Made by a program: the position numbers and the translations under genes. The notes below the pieces were generated by a model, which was given only the letters and a program-made list of their open reading frames with translations, did not search any database and was not told the origin of the DNA. A stretch of DNA of 42,916 bases from Patescibacteria group bacterium (GTDB lineage: Bacteria; Patescibacteriota; Minisyncoccia; Phycocordibacterales; Phycocordibacteraceae), in contig JANLHF010000003.1 in assembly GCA_024653825.1 (NCBI GenBank), forward strand, positions 1-42,916. Reading direction: 5' to 3'. Position 1 is the first letter of the stretch. Each line of letters opens with the position of its first letter. Shown here piece by piece: positions 17,686 through 26,555 of the stretch.

Positions 17686-18843
17686 ATGAAGGTCATCCAC
17701 AGAGTCGGCAGAATAGTGCTTCTTGTACAATGCATAGTGAGAGCGATTTTCTATGGTGCAGCAAATCGCATTCCTTCTAAGATATCTCGAGTCGTAGTCC
17801 ACCCGGACGGTAAATTGGGTGATGTTGTTTGCTGTACGCCGGTACTTGTCGCACTCAGAGCCAATTTACCAGAGGCGCATCTTATCGTAGCGGGAAACTC
17901 CAAACTGCATCGCCCGCTTTTGTCCGACAGCGGCTTAGTCGACGAATATATAGACCTCGGAGAAAAGGGGGCCTTATCACACATTAAGGCCTGCAAGGCC
18001 GACGTAGCCCTCGTGACGGGGGTATCGTTTGATGCCGCGGCATTGTTTTATGTGGCTGGAATTCCCTTGGTAGTAGCCCCAGTTGTTGTGGGGGGTGAAT
18101 CCGAGCAAGAGACGCGTCTGTATAAAATCTTGCAGAGATTTATTAAAACATTTCCGTATAGAATAGGCGCGTATGCTCCCCGCGAACGTTTACGTGTGCT
18201 TGAGCCGCTCAACATTTTTTTTGACGACACGAAGAAACGTCTTGGTTTTTCCGAAGATGCTAAAAGGAACGTTGAGAATGTACTCAATAAAATCGTCGGC
18301 TCTTATACGTATCTTGTCGGCATATCAGCCGGAGTCGGCAACAAAGAAAAATTATGGGATCCAGAAAAGTTTGCCGCAGTGGCGAATTACTTTATACAGA
18401 AGCGTGGGGCCCATATTGTCGTCTTGGGAGGGAAAAGTGATGCACCAGAATCTGCAAAAATGATAGCGGCCATTGAAGACAAATCGAAAATATCTGATGC
18501 CACACTGACATCGATAGACGACCTAAAGGCTATGATAGCGAAACTCGACGTATTTGTGGGTGTGAATACGGGCCCCATATACATCGCTGAAGCATTTGAT
18601 GTTCCGACGGTTGACCTTATCGGTCCGGTTAATCCGTGGGACCAACCGCCACAAGGGAAGATCCATAAAATGGTATTCCCTCCGGGAGAGCCGAAACCCC
18701 TCCTTAATATGCTGAATACACGAAACCATGACGTGAAAGAGGCTGAGCGTATAGCACACTCTACGCGACTTGAAGACGTTATAATGGCAGTAGAAGAAGC
18801 GCTTAAAGAGGTTGATGCACTGAGGTTGGCTAGGAAAAAATAA
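17686..18843 (+). CDS. Glycosyltransferase family 9 (heptosyltransferase-like)
   Basis: KLGDVVCCTPVLVALRANLPEA; KLWDPEKF; FVGVNTGPIYIAEAFDVPTVDLIGP; TATAAT at 17663-68. Confidence 0.85.
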   Translation: MKVIHRVGRIVLLVQCIVRAIFYGAANRIPSKISRVVVHPDGKLGDVVCCTPVLVALRANLPEAHLIVAGNSKLHRPLLSDSGLVDEYIDLGEKGALSHIKACKADVALVTGVSFDAAALFYVAGIPLVVAPVVVGGESEQETRLYKILQRFIKTFPYRIGAYAPRERLRVLEPLNIFFDDTKKRLGFSEDAKRNVENVLNKIVGSYTYLVGISAGVGNKEKLWDPEKFAAVANYFIQKRGAHIVVLGGKSDAPESAKMIAAIEDKSKISDATLTSIDDLKAMIAKLDVFVGVNTGPIYIAEAFDVPTVDLIGPVNPWDQPPQGKIHKMVFPPGEPKPLLNMLNTRNHDVKEAERIAHSTRLEDVIMAVEEALKEVDALRLARKK

Positions 18844-19588
18844 ACTTTTCTATTACATGCGCTACGCCGTCTTTATCTACTGATGGTGCGATATAGTGTG
18901 CCACCGCTTTCAGTTTGTCGTCGGCGTTTTCCATAGCGACTTTAAGACCGCAGGCATTGAGAAACGGCATATCGTTTCTTGAGTCCCCGATGCCTATCAT
19001 TTCCGATGCCTGGACCTTCAGCATTTTGGCAAGTTCTTGTGTGGCGTATTGCTTGGTGGCTTCTGCCTGCGTCACATACACTTCCATTTTGTAGTTTCTG
19101 TCTTTGTCCCAAGAGAAAAATTTATGTGCAGAAACGCCGGGCATATGTTCGAATGTTCGAAGACACTCGTCGGACTCCTCTTTCGAATTAAAATAGGACA
19201 TTTGTACCGCAAGCGGTTTCTCAAATTTCAACACAGAAGGATTTTTATACTCAATACCTCCGTCGTTCACAATGAAAGGAGTTTTGTAATATTTGATTAT
19301 TTTCATCAAACTATCCATATCTCCTCCAGCAATCGGTTTCTCCCAAAGGATATCTCCTGATTGTGGATCGACTATCTGCGAGCCTCCGTTTATGATGCAA
19401 GGGCTTGTCAGCTCCAATGTTTTGAAGGTCTCGGTAAGCCAATTTAGTGGCCGGCCAGAGACAATAGATACGAAGACTTCTTTTTTCGCTTTTTTTATCG
19501 AGTCCGTTACTTTTTCGGACGGAACGGTGTAAGGCCCGACAGGGACGATGGTCCCATCGACGTCTAAAAGGAGGGATTTATATTTCAT
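18830..19588 (-). CDS. Cof-type HAD-IIB sugar-phosphate phosphatase
   Basis: LDVDGT, VSGRP, IINGGS, IGDSRND, VAMENA; likely start ATG 19588. Confidence 0.9.
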   Translation of the reverse strand: MKYKSLLLDVDGTIVPVGPYTVPSEKVTDSIKKAKKEVFVSIVSGRPLNWLTETFKTLELTSPCIINGGSQIVDPQSGDILWEKPIAGGDMDSLMKIIKYYKTPFIVNDGGIEYKNPSVLKFEKPLAVQMSYFNSKEESDECLRTFEHMPGVSAHKFFSWDKDRNYKMEVYVTQAEATKQYATQELAKMLKVQASEMIGIGDSRNDMPFLNACGLKVAMENADDKLKAVAHYIAPSVDKDGVAHVIEKFIFS

Positions 19589-19611
19589 AGGCACTGTTGT
19601 AGTATACATTC

Positions 19612-20577
19612 ATGAAGTCGTCCGTGGCCATGTCTTTTAAGCGGAAAAGGGTTCTGCTAGTTGGGGATGCAATACTTGATATGTATATCTACTGTAATGC
19701 CGTTGGTCAAGCGTTGTACGCGGACGTACCCGAGGTTGAAGAAATAAAAACCAAGGTTTCCTTTGGTGGCAACGGTTTGGTGGCGACAAACATTTTGGAG
19801 CTTGGGGGGAATCTCACGTTTGTTTCTGTGGTCGGAGACGATGAAGACGCAAGACAGTACGATTCCTTCGTCCATCCGAGAATGAAGAAGATTTTCTTTG
19901 TAGATCCTACGCGTAAAACGACGGTCAAGAGAAGGTGGTATGTAGGCGAGAAAGCATTGCTTCAGGTAAACACCGTCGATAACCACAGCCTCAGTGTCCT
20001 GCTTGAAAAAAAGCTGATAGGCCGTATCGAGAAAGAAGCAAGAAAAGCCGATGTGATTGTTGTGATGGATCCACAGCACGGGCTACTGACCAAGAGTGTC
20101 ATCAATCGGTTAAAAAAAATAAGCAGGGAACTCAAGAAGCCGTTGTACGTTGATGGACAGATATCGCACAGAAAAAGCAATCACTATCTCTATCGAGGTG
20201 TTGACTGCATCCTTTTGAACGAAAAAGAGGCGAGGGCCGTCTACCCCGCATTTGATATAAAAACCCCTCAACAAACACTCCTCACTATATTGAAAAAACT
20301 GGAATTAAAGAACGTTGTTGTAAAGCTCGGAGATAAAGGGTCTATAGCGCTCTGCAACGGTCGTTACATAAAGACCTCCCCGTATAAAGTAAAGGCAGTG
20401 GATACCTGCGGGGCCGGTGACGCTTTCCTCGCAGCCTTCAGTCTTGGAGATATGAATACGCCTGAAGAATCTCTCGCGATAGCCAATATGTGGGGAGCGC
20501 TTTCCACGAAAATTCATGGTACTATTCCGCCCGGAAGGAAAGAATTGGTTAGAATCATAAAGGAGAATACACGATGA
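19612..20577 (+). CDS. PfkB-family kinase, RfaE domain I (heptose-7-phosphate kinase)-like, diverged
   Basis: LLVGDAILDMY, TTVKRRW..LLQVN, LNEKEA, VKLGDKG, DTCGAGDAF. Confidence 0.8.
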   Translation: MKSSVAMSFKRKRVLLVGDAILDMYIYCNAVGQALYADVPEVEEIKTKVSFGGNGLVATNILELGGNLTFVSVVGDDEDARQYDSFVHPRMKKIFFVDPTRKTTVKRRWYVGEKALLQVNTVDNHSLSVLLEKKLIGRIEKEARKADVIVVMDPQHGLLTKSVINRLKKISRELKKPLYVDGQISHRKSNHYLYRGVDCILLNEKEARAVYPAFDIKTPQQTLLTILKKLELKNVVVKLGDKGSIALCNGRYIKTSPYKVKAVDTCGAGDAFLAAFSLGDMNTPEESLAIANMWGALSTKIHGTIPPGRKELVRIIKENTR

Positions 20578-21290
20578 GCTCTCAGTTACATATCAAGTTG
20601 TTTGCAGACGGCGCGGACCTTGCCGGCATCAAGGAAATGGCAGCGAACCCTCTTGTAAAGGGTTTTACCACCAACCCGACGCTGATGCGTAAGGCAGGCG
20701 TGACGGATTACAAAACGTTCGCGCAAGAGGCACTCAGTGTCATTGGCGATCGGCCACTATCGCTCGAGGTATTTGCTGACGAGTTCGCCGAGATGGAAAA
20801 ACAAGCCCTCGAAATCGCTTCGTGGGGCAAGAACGTGAATGTCAAAATCCCGGTGACGAACACGAGGGGCGAGTTTTCCGGGCCACTCGTGGAGCGTCTG
20901 TCGAAGGCAGGAGTTCAGGTCAATGTAACGGCGTTGATGACGCTTGAGCAGGTTTCATCCGTAACGGATAAGCTTGCCCCCGAAACACCGGCGATTATTT
21001 CGGTATTCGCCGGTCGCATTGCCGATACGGGACGCGACCCGGTGCCGATGATGGCCGAGGCGGTTCGCGTCATGAAGACGAAGCCGAAGGCGGAACTGAT
21101 CTGGGCGAGTCCACGGGAATTACTCAACGTGTTTCAAGCGGACTCGGTCGGGTGTCATATCATCACGGCGACGAACGACATTCTCAAGAAGATGGCGCTA
21201 GTTGGCAAAGATCTAGACGCCTATTCGCTCGAGACGGTCAAGATGTTCTACGACGATGCGCAAGCCGCGGGCTACAACGTCTCAACCTAA
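20574..21290 (+). CDS. tal: Transaldolase (short TalC-type)
   Basis: LFADGAD, GFTTNPTL, SLEV, VKIP (Schiff-base Lys), NVTA, SVFAGRIAD; Glu and Phe at the TAL/FSA-discriminating positions. Confidence 0.9.
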   Translation: MSSQLHIKLFADGADLAGIKEMAANPLVKGFTTNPTLMRKAGVTDYKTFAQEALSVIGDRPLSLEVFADEFAEMEKQALEIASWGKNVNVKIPVTNTRGEFSGPLVERLSKAGVQVNVTALMTLEQVSSVTDKLAPETPAIISVFAGRIADTGRDPVPMMAEAVRVMKTKPKAELIWASPRELLNVFQADSVGCHIITATNDILKKMALVGKDLDAYSLETVKMFYDDAQAAGYNVST

Positions 21291-21310
21291 GAACGAAGAA
21301 CGGGCCGTCA

Positions 21311-21340
21311 AAAAGCCGCCAGCATCTGCTGGTGGCTTTT
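21311..21340. terminator. Bidirectional intrinsic terminator
   Basis: AAAAGCCGCCAGCA-TC-TGCTGGTGGCTTTT. Confidence 0.8.
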
Positions 21341-21377
21341 GTTGTGAGTTTTAGAACAACCTTGTACCATATCCAAT

Positions 21378-21863
21378 ATGAATACTCGCGCAAAACTCGT
21401 TTCTTTGGCCGAACTCCCCGCGATAGTCGAGAAACTAAAAAAACAAGGCAAAAAAATTGTCACGACCAATGGAGCTTTTGACATTTTGCATGTTGGCCAC
21501 AAGAGGGCGCTTGAAGAGAGTAAGTCGCTCGGGGATGTTCTCATTGTTGGCGTAAACTCAGATTCATCTGTTAAACAATATAAATCAGACTTACGGCCGA
21601 TCATTCCTGAGGACGATCGGGCTGAGGTGCTCGCCGGACTTGCTTGTGTTGATTTCGTGACCATTTTTACCGAAACTGACCCAAAGAATTTTCTAGATCT
21701 GGTAAAACCTGACATTCACACTAAGTCCGGAGATTATAAGGAGGAAGAGCTTAAAGAAACATCAACCGTTCTACAAAACGGCGGAGAGGTGGTGATTATT
21801 CCCTTCATAGAGGGTAAATCAACGACGAATATTATCGATCGAATCCTTAAGGTTTACGGATAG
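21378..21863 (+). CDS. rfaE2: RfaE domain II / HldC-like heptose-1-phosphate nucleotidyltransferase
   Basis: TNGAFDILHVGH (HxGH), VGVNSDSSV, RPII..DRAEVL, VDFVTIF, KSGDY, STTNII. Confidence 0.88.
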   Translation: MNTRAKLVSLAELPAIVEKLKKQGKKIVTTNGAFDILHVGHKRALEESKSLGDVLIVGVNSDSSVKQYKSDLRPIIPEDDRAEVLAGLACVDFVTIFTETDPKNFLDLVKPDIHTKSGDYKEEELKETSTVLQNGGEVVIIPFIEGKSTTNIIDRILKVYG

Positions 21864-23013
21864 GCTCGACAGTATAAATGAAAAGGGGAGTAGTGCCGGT
21901 ATTTTTCACCTTCACCTCTGTGTGAGGGATAACCAGAAACTCGTTCATCCCGTCTTGGGCGATCTTGTTCCCATTAATATCTCCTTCTCCGCTCCAGACG
22001 ATTCCGCCCTGGGGTTCTTTTTTTGGAGCCAGCGTAAGGGTCTTGCCGGGGAATATTTTCCACTCCTCTCCATAGAACATATCGAAGAATATCTGGTGGC
22101 GCTCCCCCCAGTCTCCTGAATCAATACGTTTGGGCGTATGGAAGTATTTTTTCGCGAGTTCCGGATCGCTTGTTGTTTCCCAATCCAACACCTTTTCGAT
22201 AAAATCATCCTCGCTTGGAAGTCCGCGGAGTACGTGTTCTTCGTATTTCTTTTCTCGTTCTTTTTCGGAAAGTCGTTCTCCTAGTCGCCACGAACCGTTA
22301 TTGTAATCGTCTTGTGGCAACTGGACCTCAAACGTAAGGTAGGGGCCGGGAGCATGAAGCACTCCCTCTGGAACGGTCCAACCAGTGTTGGGCAATATCG
22401 GAAATTCGTTCAGAAGCTCGTACATCGAGTCGTCTTTCCCAAATGAGTGAAGCCTTTGTTTTATATCCTCTTTTGTAACACCCTCCTTAAGACCGATTCT
22501 CGTTATTACTGACAACTTTTTATTGTAAGGAGGGATATCAGTAGGCGGAAAAAAATATGCCTCTGATTTCCCCGGTTTATTGACCGAACCGTGTACAATA
22601 TTTCCCCCGTGTACATGAACCGGTATCGGCGGGATTTCCGTAGTACCAAAACTGGTGGCAACCTCTTTCCCGCCGATGTCGAGAATCTTGGTGAGAGGCC
22701 AGCGTGCGGCATACTCTCCAAACAGAAGCGATTCGGCAACGTGTCTCAAATCGGCCAGTGGGACTTCCTCTTCAAAAATTTTTATCTTTGTGAGTCCCTC
22801 CCCAGTTACTCGGACGGCGTTTTCTGCTTCTACCGTTGATAGTATCCAAAGTTCTACAGGCACGTACCCGCGCGAATCGGCTTTGTTAGGGGAGCTATTT
22901 GGCGCGATGATGTCATTTCCGAAATAAGATTCACGACAGACAATCGCACTTTTTGTTACAAGCACTCCATTTTTTTCATCCAACCCTTTTTTTATTTTTT
23001 CGACCGAGGACAT
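21847..23013 (-). CDS. Divergent type I phosphomannose-isomerase-like cupin (start ~23013)
   Basis: PIPVHVH, GKSEAYFF, GVLHAPG, TFEVQLPQD correspond to PMI-I metal-binding segments (QVHP, KPE, VHA, EIQQxSD); track N-terminal extension overlaps the opposite gene. Confidence 0.65.
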   Translation of the reverse strand: MSSVEKIKKGLDEKNGVLVTKSAIVCRESYFGNDIIAPNSSPNKADSRGYVPVELWILSTVEAENAVRVTGEGLTKIKIFEEEVPLADLRHVAESLLFGEYAARWPLTKILDIGGKEVATSFGTTEIPPIPVHVHGGNIVHGSVNKPGKSEAYFFPPTDIPPYNKKLSVITRIGLKEGVTKEDIKQRLHSFGKDDSMYELLNEFPILPNTGWTVPEGVLHAPGPYLTFEVQLPQDDYNNGSWRLGERLSEKEREKKYEEHVLRGLPSEDDFIEKVLDWETTSDPELAKKYFHTPKRIDSGDWGERHQIFFDMFYGEEWKIFPGKTLTLAPKKEPQGGIVWSGEGDINGNKIAQDGMNEFLVIPHTEVKVKNTGTTPLFIYTVEPIRKP

Positions 23014-23040
23014 GAGTTTTGATGGTATCATACAAAAAAT

Positions 23041-23901
23041 ATGTTGGTATCTCCATGCCCTTCCTGCGGCAAAACAGAGAACAAAGAATGGGGCAGCAAG
23101 AATGGCTATACGCTGCTTCGATGCACTTCCTGTGGTCTCATTTTCGTCTTTCCACTGCCGAGCGAAGCGCCGGCTATCTATGATAAGACCTATTTTGCCA
23201 GCGGTGACGGGTATGGTTATGTGGATTATGATCGCGACAAGGAACCGATGCGCCGTGCATTTGAACTGTATCTGGAGCACATAGAAGAGGTGCTTGGGAG
23301 GAAAGGGAACCTTCTTGATGTCGGTGCAGCCACTGGGTACTTCATGAACATAGCAAAGGGACACGGTTGGAAAGTGGAAGGAGTCGAGATATCAGACTAC
23401 GCTGCGTCGCTCGGTCGGGCGAAGGGATTGTCTATACACACGGGTACTCTCGAAAATACCTTTCTTACAGAAGAGAGTTTCGATGCAATAACCTTCTTTG
23501 ACATACTAGAACACGTAAGAGACCCCAAGTCGGTTTTGCTAGAAGCGAATCGATTTTTAAAGAAGGGGGGCATCGTTGTCGTGACGACTCCCGATAGTGG
23601 CAGTCTATGGGCTCGAGTGCTCGGGCAACAGTGGCATCTCGTGGTGCCGCCAGAGCACCTGATTCTATTCAATCGGAAGAATTTTGCAGACTTACTTAGA
23701 CGCACAGGTTTCACTCCGTCTCTTGTCACGACCATAGGCAAGCATTTCACTGTGCCGTACATATTTCAGACACTTTATCACTGGCAGGGTCTTTCCTTGT
23801 GGAATATACTAGCCAAAGCGACAAACAGAGGAATTTTATCAAAACTGAAAATACCGATTAATCTTCACGACACTTTTTTTATGATAGCTAAGAAGTCATG
23901 A
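23041..23901 (+). CDS. Class I SAM methyltransferase with N-terminal Zn-ribbon
   Basis: CPSC...CTSC; LLDVGAATG; FDAITFFDILEHVRDP; PPEHLILF. Confidence 0.9.
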   Translation: MLVSPCPSCGKTENKEWGSKNGYTLLRCTSCGLIFVFPLPSEAPAIYDKTYFASGDGYGYVDYDRDKEPMRRAFELYLEHIEEVLGRKGNLLDVGAATGYFMNIAKGHGWKVEGVEISDYAASLGRAKGLSIHTGTLENTFLTEESFDAITFFDILEHVRDPKSVLLEANRFLKKGGIVVVTTPDSGSLWARVLGQQWHLVVPPEHLILFNRKNFADLLRRTGFTPSLVTTIGKHFTVPYIFQTLYHWQGLSLWNILAKATNRGILSKLKIPINLHDTFFMIAKKS

Positions 23902-25541
23902 AAAAGCTTTTTGTACTCATAGCATTGGCGGCGACGCTCGCTCCAGCAACTTTCGTCATACACGAGGCTGGCGGATGGCAACAATGGAAGGGCGTTCTCC
24001 CTCCGGGAACTACTGACAGTCGGTATTATTATGGACGCATCCATGAAGTCACAGACGGGCATCTTTTCGTCGGTAATCCATATGCGTACGAATATCGCAA
24101 CGCTCTTCCGCCGGCGCAATTTCTACCCGACGTAGTCTCAGCGATTCCTATGTTTTTCGGAATACCATTTGATAGCGCGGTTTTGGTCAATGTGTTCGTG
24201 TGGAGTTTCGTATTCTTGTTGCTCTCTTTCGTTCTTTTCCGTCTTTTGCAAATGCCGAAATGGTGGGCAGTTGTATGGTCCGTTCTTACCTATGTGTGTG
24301 CATACGCTTTTATGCTTCGGCCGACGGTGATGCAGATCGTGTATCCGGTGTTTTTGCTGTTTCTCATTGCGCTTCTGAAATTTTTGTATGAACCATTTGT
24401 CCGGCGTAAGGCACTCTGGCTCGCGTTCACCGCGGCCCTCACTTTCTACGCCTATACGTATCTCGCCTACATTGTCTTTATCGTTTTTGCCTTTCTATTC
24501 CTCGGGTACGCGGGCACTCGCCGTTTCAAAGAATTGCGCGCGCTCATTTCAGCCGGCGTATACACCGCTCTTCTGCTCATCCCTTTTGGAGTCCTTACAC
24601 TCCTGCAGATGGGAGATCCAAATTACCTTGAAACCTTTAACCGCATTGGTCTCCTCTACACACACATCCCTTCTATCGAAGCGTTTTATTATGGTCGATG
24701 GGTCGTGATAGGAGGGGCTATCTTTGGTCTTTTGTGGTTTTTCTTTCCTAAAAGAGAAGAAGGCAACCCAACACAAAACGTTTTCTGGCTAGCGACCGGG
24801 GCAGGTCTTTTGGGCGGTTTATTGTTGAATGTTATTACCGGTGTTGAGTTAACGCTCGGGGTTCATATTGGACGTTTCGTCTTCGTATGGATGCCGCTCC
24901 TTCTGGGGGCTGGTTTGTACGAATGGTATTCTGCGAAACCTTCCACTATTGGCGTCAACGCTGTGAGCGCCAAATATGCGCTCGTGGCCGTTCTTCTCAT
25001 TCTGCTCTCAGTCGGGGTGCTTGCGAACATTCCTCGCGGACTCGGATTTTTCAATTCAAATAATCGAGAAGACACTATCGCCAGTCTTCAGCCGTATGCC
25101 ACGCCGCTCGCGTGGCTCGAGGCGCATGCACCTGAGCAGTCCGTAATCTGGGCCAATGACTCAATCTCTCAATATGTACCGATTATGACTCGGCATTACC
25201 CGCTATTCGCTCCTCAGACGATGCTCCACAACATGCCCTCTAAGGAGCTGGAAGATCGTTACTTGCTCTCGCGCAGTATGGCCACACTAACGATTGACGA
25301 CCTTAAGCGTGATTTCGCTCTTTACTCCGGCACCCTTCCGATCGCCTCTCGTGGAGAAGAGTATTTCAGACTACTACTTCAACGGTTTGAAGAGATGAGG
25401 AAAAATCAAGCCGTTTCCCTCCAAAAATTCAACGTGAAATACCTCACCATTGATCGCATGCATGACGATATAGGAAACATCTCTCTAAAAAAAGCCGTGT
25501 ATGACGATGGGCGATTTACAATTCTACCGGTGCCTTTTTGA
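23898..25541 (+). CDS. Polytopic membrane protein, putative GT-C-type glycosyltransferase
   Basis: About 11-12 TM segments, first loop DSRYYYGRIHEVTDGH, soluble C-terminal domain WLEAHAPEQSVIWAND..FNVKYL; paralog of 28313-30052. Confidence 0.6.
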   Translation: MKKLFVLIALAATLAPATFVIHEAGGWQQWKGVLPPGTTDSRYYYGRIHEVTDGHLFVGNPYAYEYRNALPPAQFLPDVVSAIPMFFGIPFDSAVLVNVFVWSFVFLLLSFVLFRLLQMPKWWAVVWSVLTYVCAYAFMLRPTVMQIVYPVFLLFLIALLKFLYEPFVRRKALWLAFTAALTFYAYTYLAYIVFIVFAFLFLGYAGTRRFKELRALISAGVYTALLLIPFGVLTLLQMGDPNYLETFNRIGLLYTHIPSIEAFYYGRWVVIGGAIFGLLWFFFPKREEGNPTQNVFWLATGAGLLGGLLLNVITGVELTLGVHIGRFVFVWMPLLLGAGLYEWYSAKPSTIGVNAVSAKYALVAVLLILLSVGVLANIPRGLGFFNSNNREDTIASLQPYATPLAWLEAHAPEQSVIWANDSISQYVPIMTRHYPLFAPQTMLHNMPSKELEDRYLLSRSMATLTIDDLKRDFALYSGTLPIASRGEEYFRLLLQRFEEMRKNQAVSLQKFNVKYLTIDRMHDDIGNISLKKAVYDDGRFTILPVPF

Positions 25542-26276
25542 CCTGAAGGATGAAAAGAATGGCGAGAAGCGCCACGGCACGATGAGCCCTTCATAAATGA
25601 TGTGATTAGAGATTTTTGATTGCCCCTCTATACGCGGTCCGAAAATAATAGGTACTTCTTTTATTTTTGCGCCTAATTGATGGGCAACAATCTTCATCTC
25701 CATCTGGTAGCCATAGCCGGCAGCTTTGAGGGAATCAAAGTCGTATCGTTTTAACAGGCTGGCGCGATAACAGACAAACCCGGCCGTGAGATCGTGGATG
25801 GCACTTATTGTCACGAGCCGTGCATACAGGTTGCCGCCAAGAGACAGTAGGCGACGCGAAAGTTCCCAATTTTTTACTCCGCCCCCCTGTATATAGCGCG
25901 AACCGATTACTAAGTCATACTGTTCCACTTCCTTCAGCATCGTGCCAATCACCACAGGGTTGTGCGAGAGGTCGGCATCCATGGTGATGATATTTTGGAC
26001 AGTAGGGTGTTCGTTCAGGACATCTTTGAATGCGCCGAGGTAGGCACTTGCGAGGCCAAGCTTGCTCGGGCGCTGCTTTAAATGGAGATTGGAATAGGTT
26101 CGTTGGAGCTTCTGCACGACTGCGGCAGTGCCATCCGGCGAGCCATCATCTATGACCAATATGTGGATGGCTGGGTAGAGAGAAAAGATTTTTTCAACAA
26201 GCACGCGAATATTATTGTGCTCATTATAGGTGGGGATTAGTACAAAATTAGTCACGGAATCTTTTTTGTCTTTCAA
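25524..26276 (-). CDS. Polyprenol-monophosphomannose synthase-like GT2 (DPM1-like)
   Basis: IPTYNE, IDDGSPDGT, KLGLASAY, MDADLSH, IGSRY, GYGYQME, GQSK; start uncertain (TTG 26276 or GTG 26255). Confidence 0.9.
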   Translation of the reverse strand: MKDKKDSVTNFVLIPTYNEHNNIRVLVEKIFSLYPAIHILVIDDGSPDGTAAVVQKLQRTYSNLHLKQRPSKLGLASAYLGAFKDVLNEHPTVQNIITMDADLSHNPVVIGTMLKEVEQYDLVIGSRYIQGGGVKNWELSRRLLSLGGNLYARLVTISAIHDLTAGFVCYRASLLKRYDFDSLKAAGYGYQMEMKIVAHQLGAKIKEVPIIFGPRIEGQSKISNHIIYEGLIVPWRFSPFFSSFRSKRHR

Positions 26277-26303
26277 GAATAAAAGTGTATCATATATAGA
26301 ATA

Positions 26304-26555
26304 ATGCCGTCAGAAGATAAAGTAGAGGAACGAATGCTCAGTCGCCTGCGCGATACACGGATGGGGAAGCTCTTTCTGCACAAAAAGTTCGCCCACTACA
26401 CGTGGATAGGCATCTTTATCTCTATCCTCAATATCTTCCTCCTCTGGCTTCTTATTGATAATTTCCATATCCCAACGGTTATTTCAAGCACACTCGTCAT
26501 CGCAGGGACTTTCGTCCTGCGGTACGTGCTCTTTGATTCCTTTAAGATTTTGTAG
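26304..26555 (+). CDS. Half-size GtrA-like membrane protein (2 TM)
   Basis: KFAHYTWIGIFISILNIFLLWLLID..TFVLRYVLF resembles the first half of GtrA. Confidence 0.65.
   Translation: MPSEDKVEERMLSRLRDTRMGKLFLHKKFAHYTWIGIFISILNIFLLWLLIDNFHIPTVISSTLVIAGTFVLRYVLFDSFKIL

Noticed and set aside
23014-23364. N-terminal extension of the 505-aa track ORF
   Set aside because: Overlaps the opposite-strand methyltransferase; a -10 box supports a start at 23013
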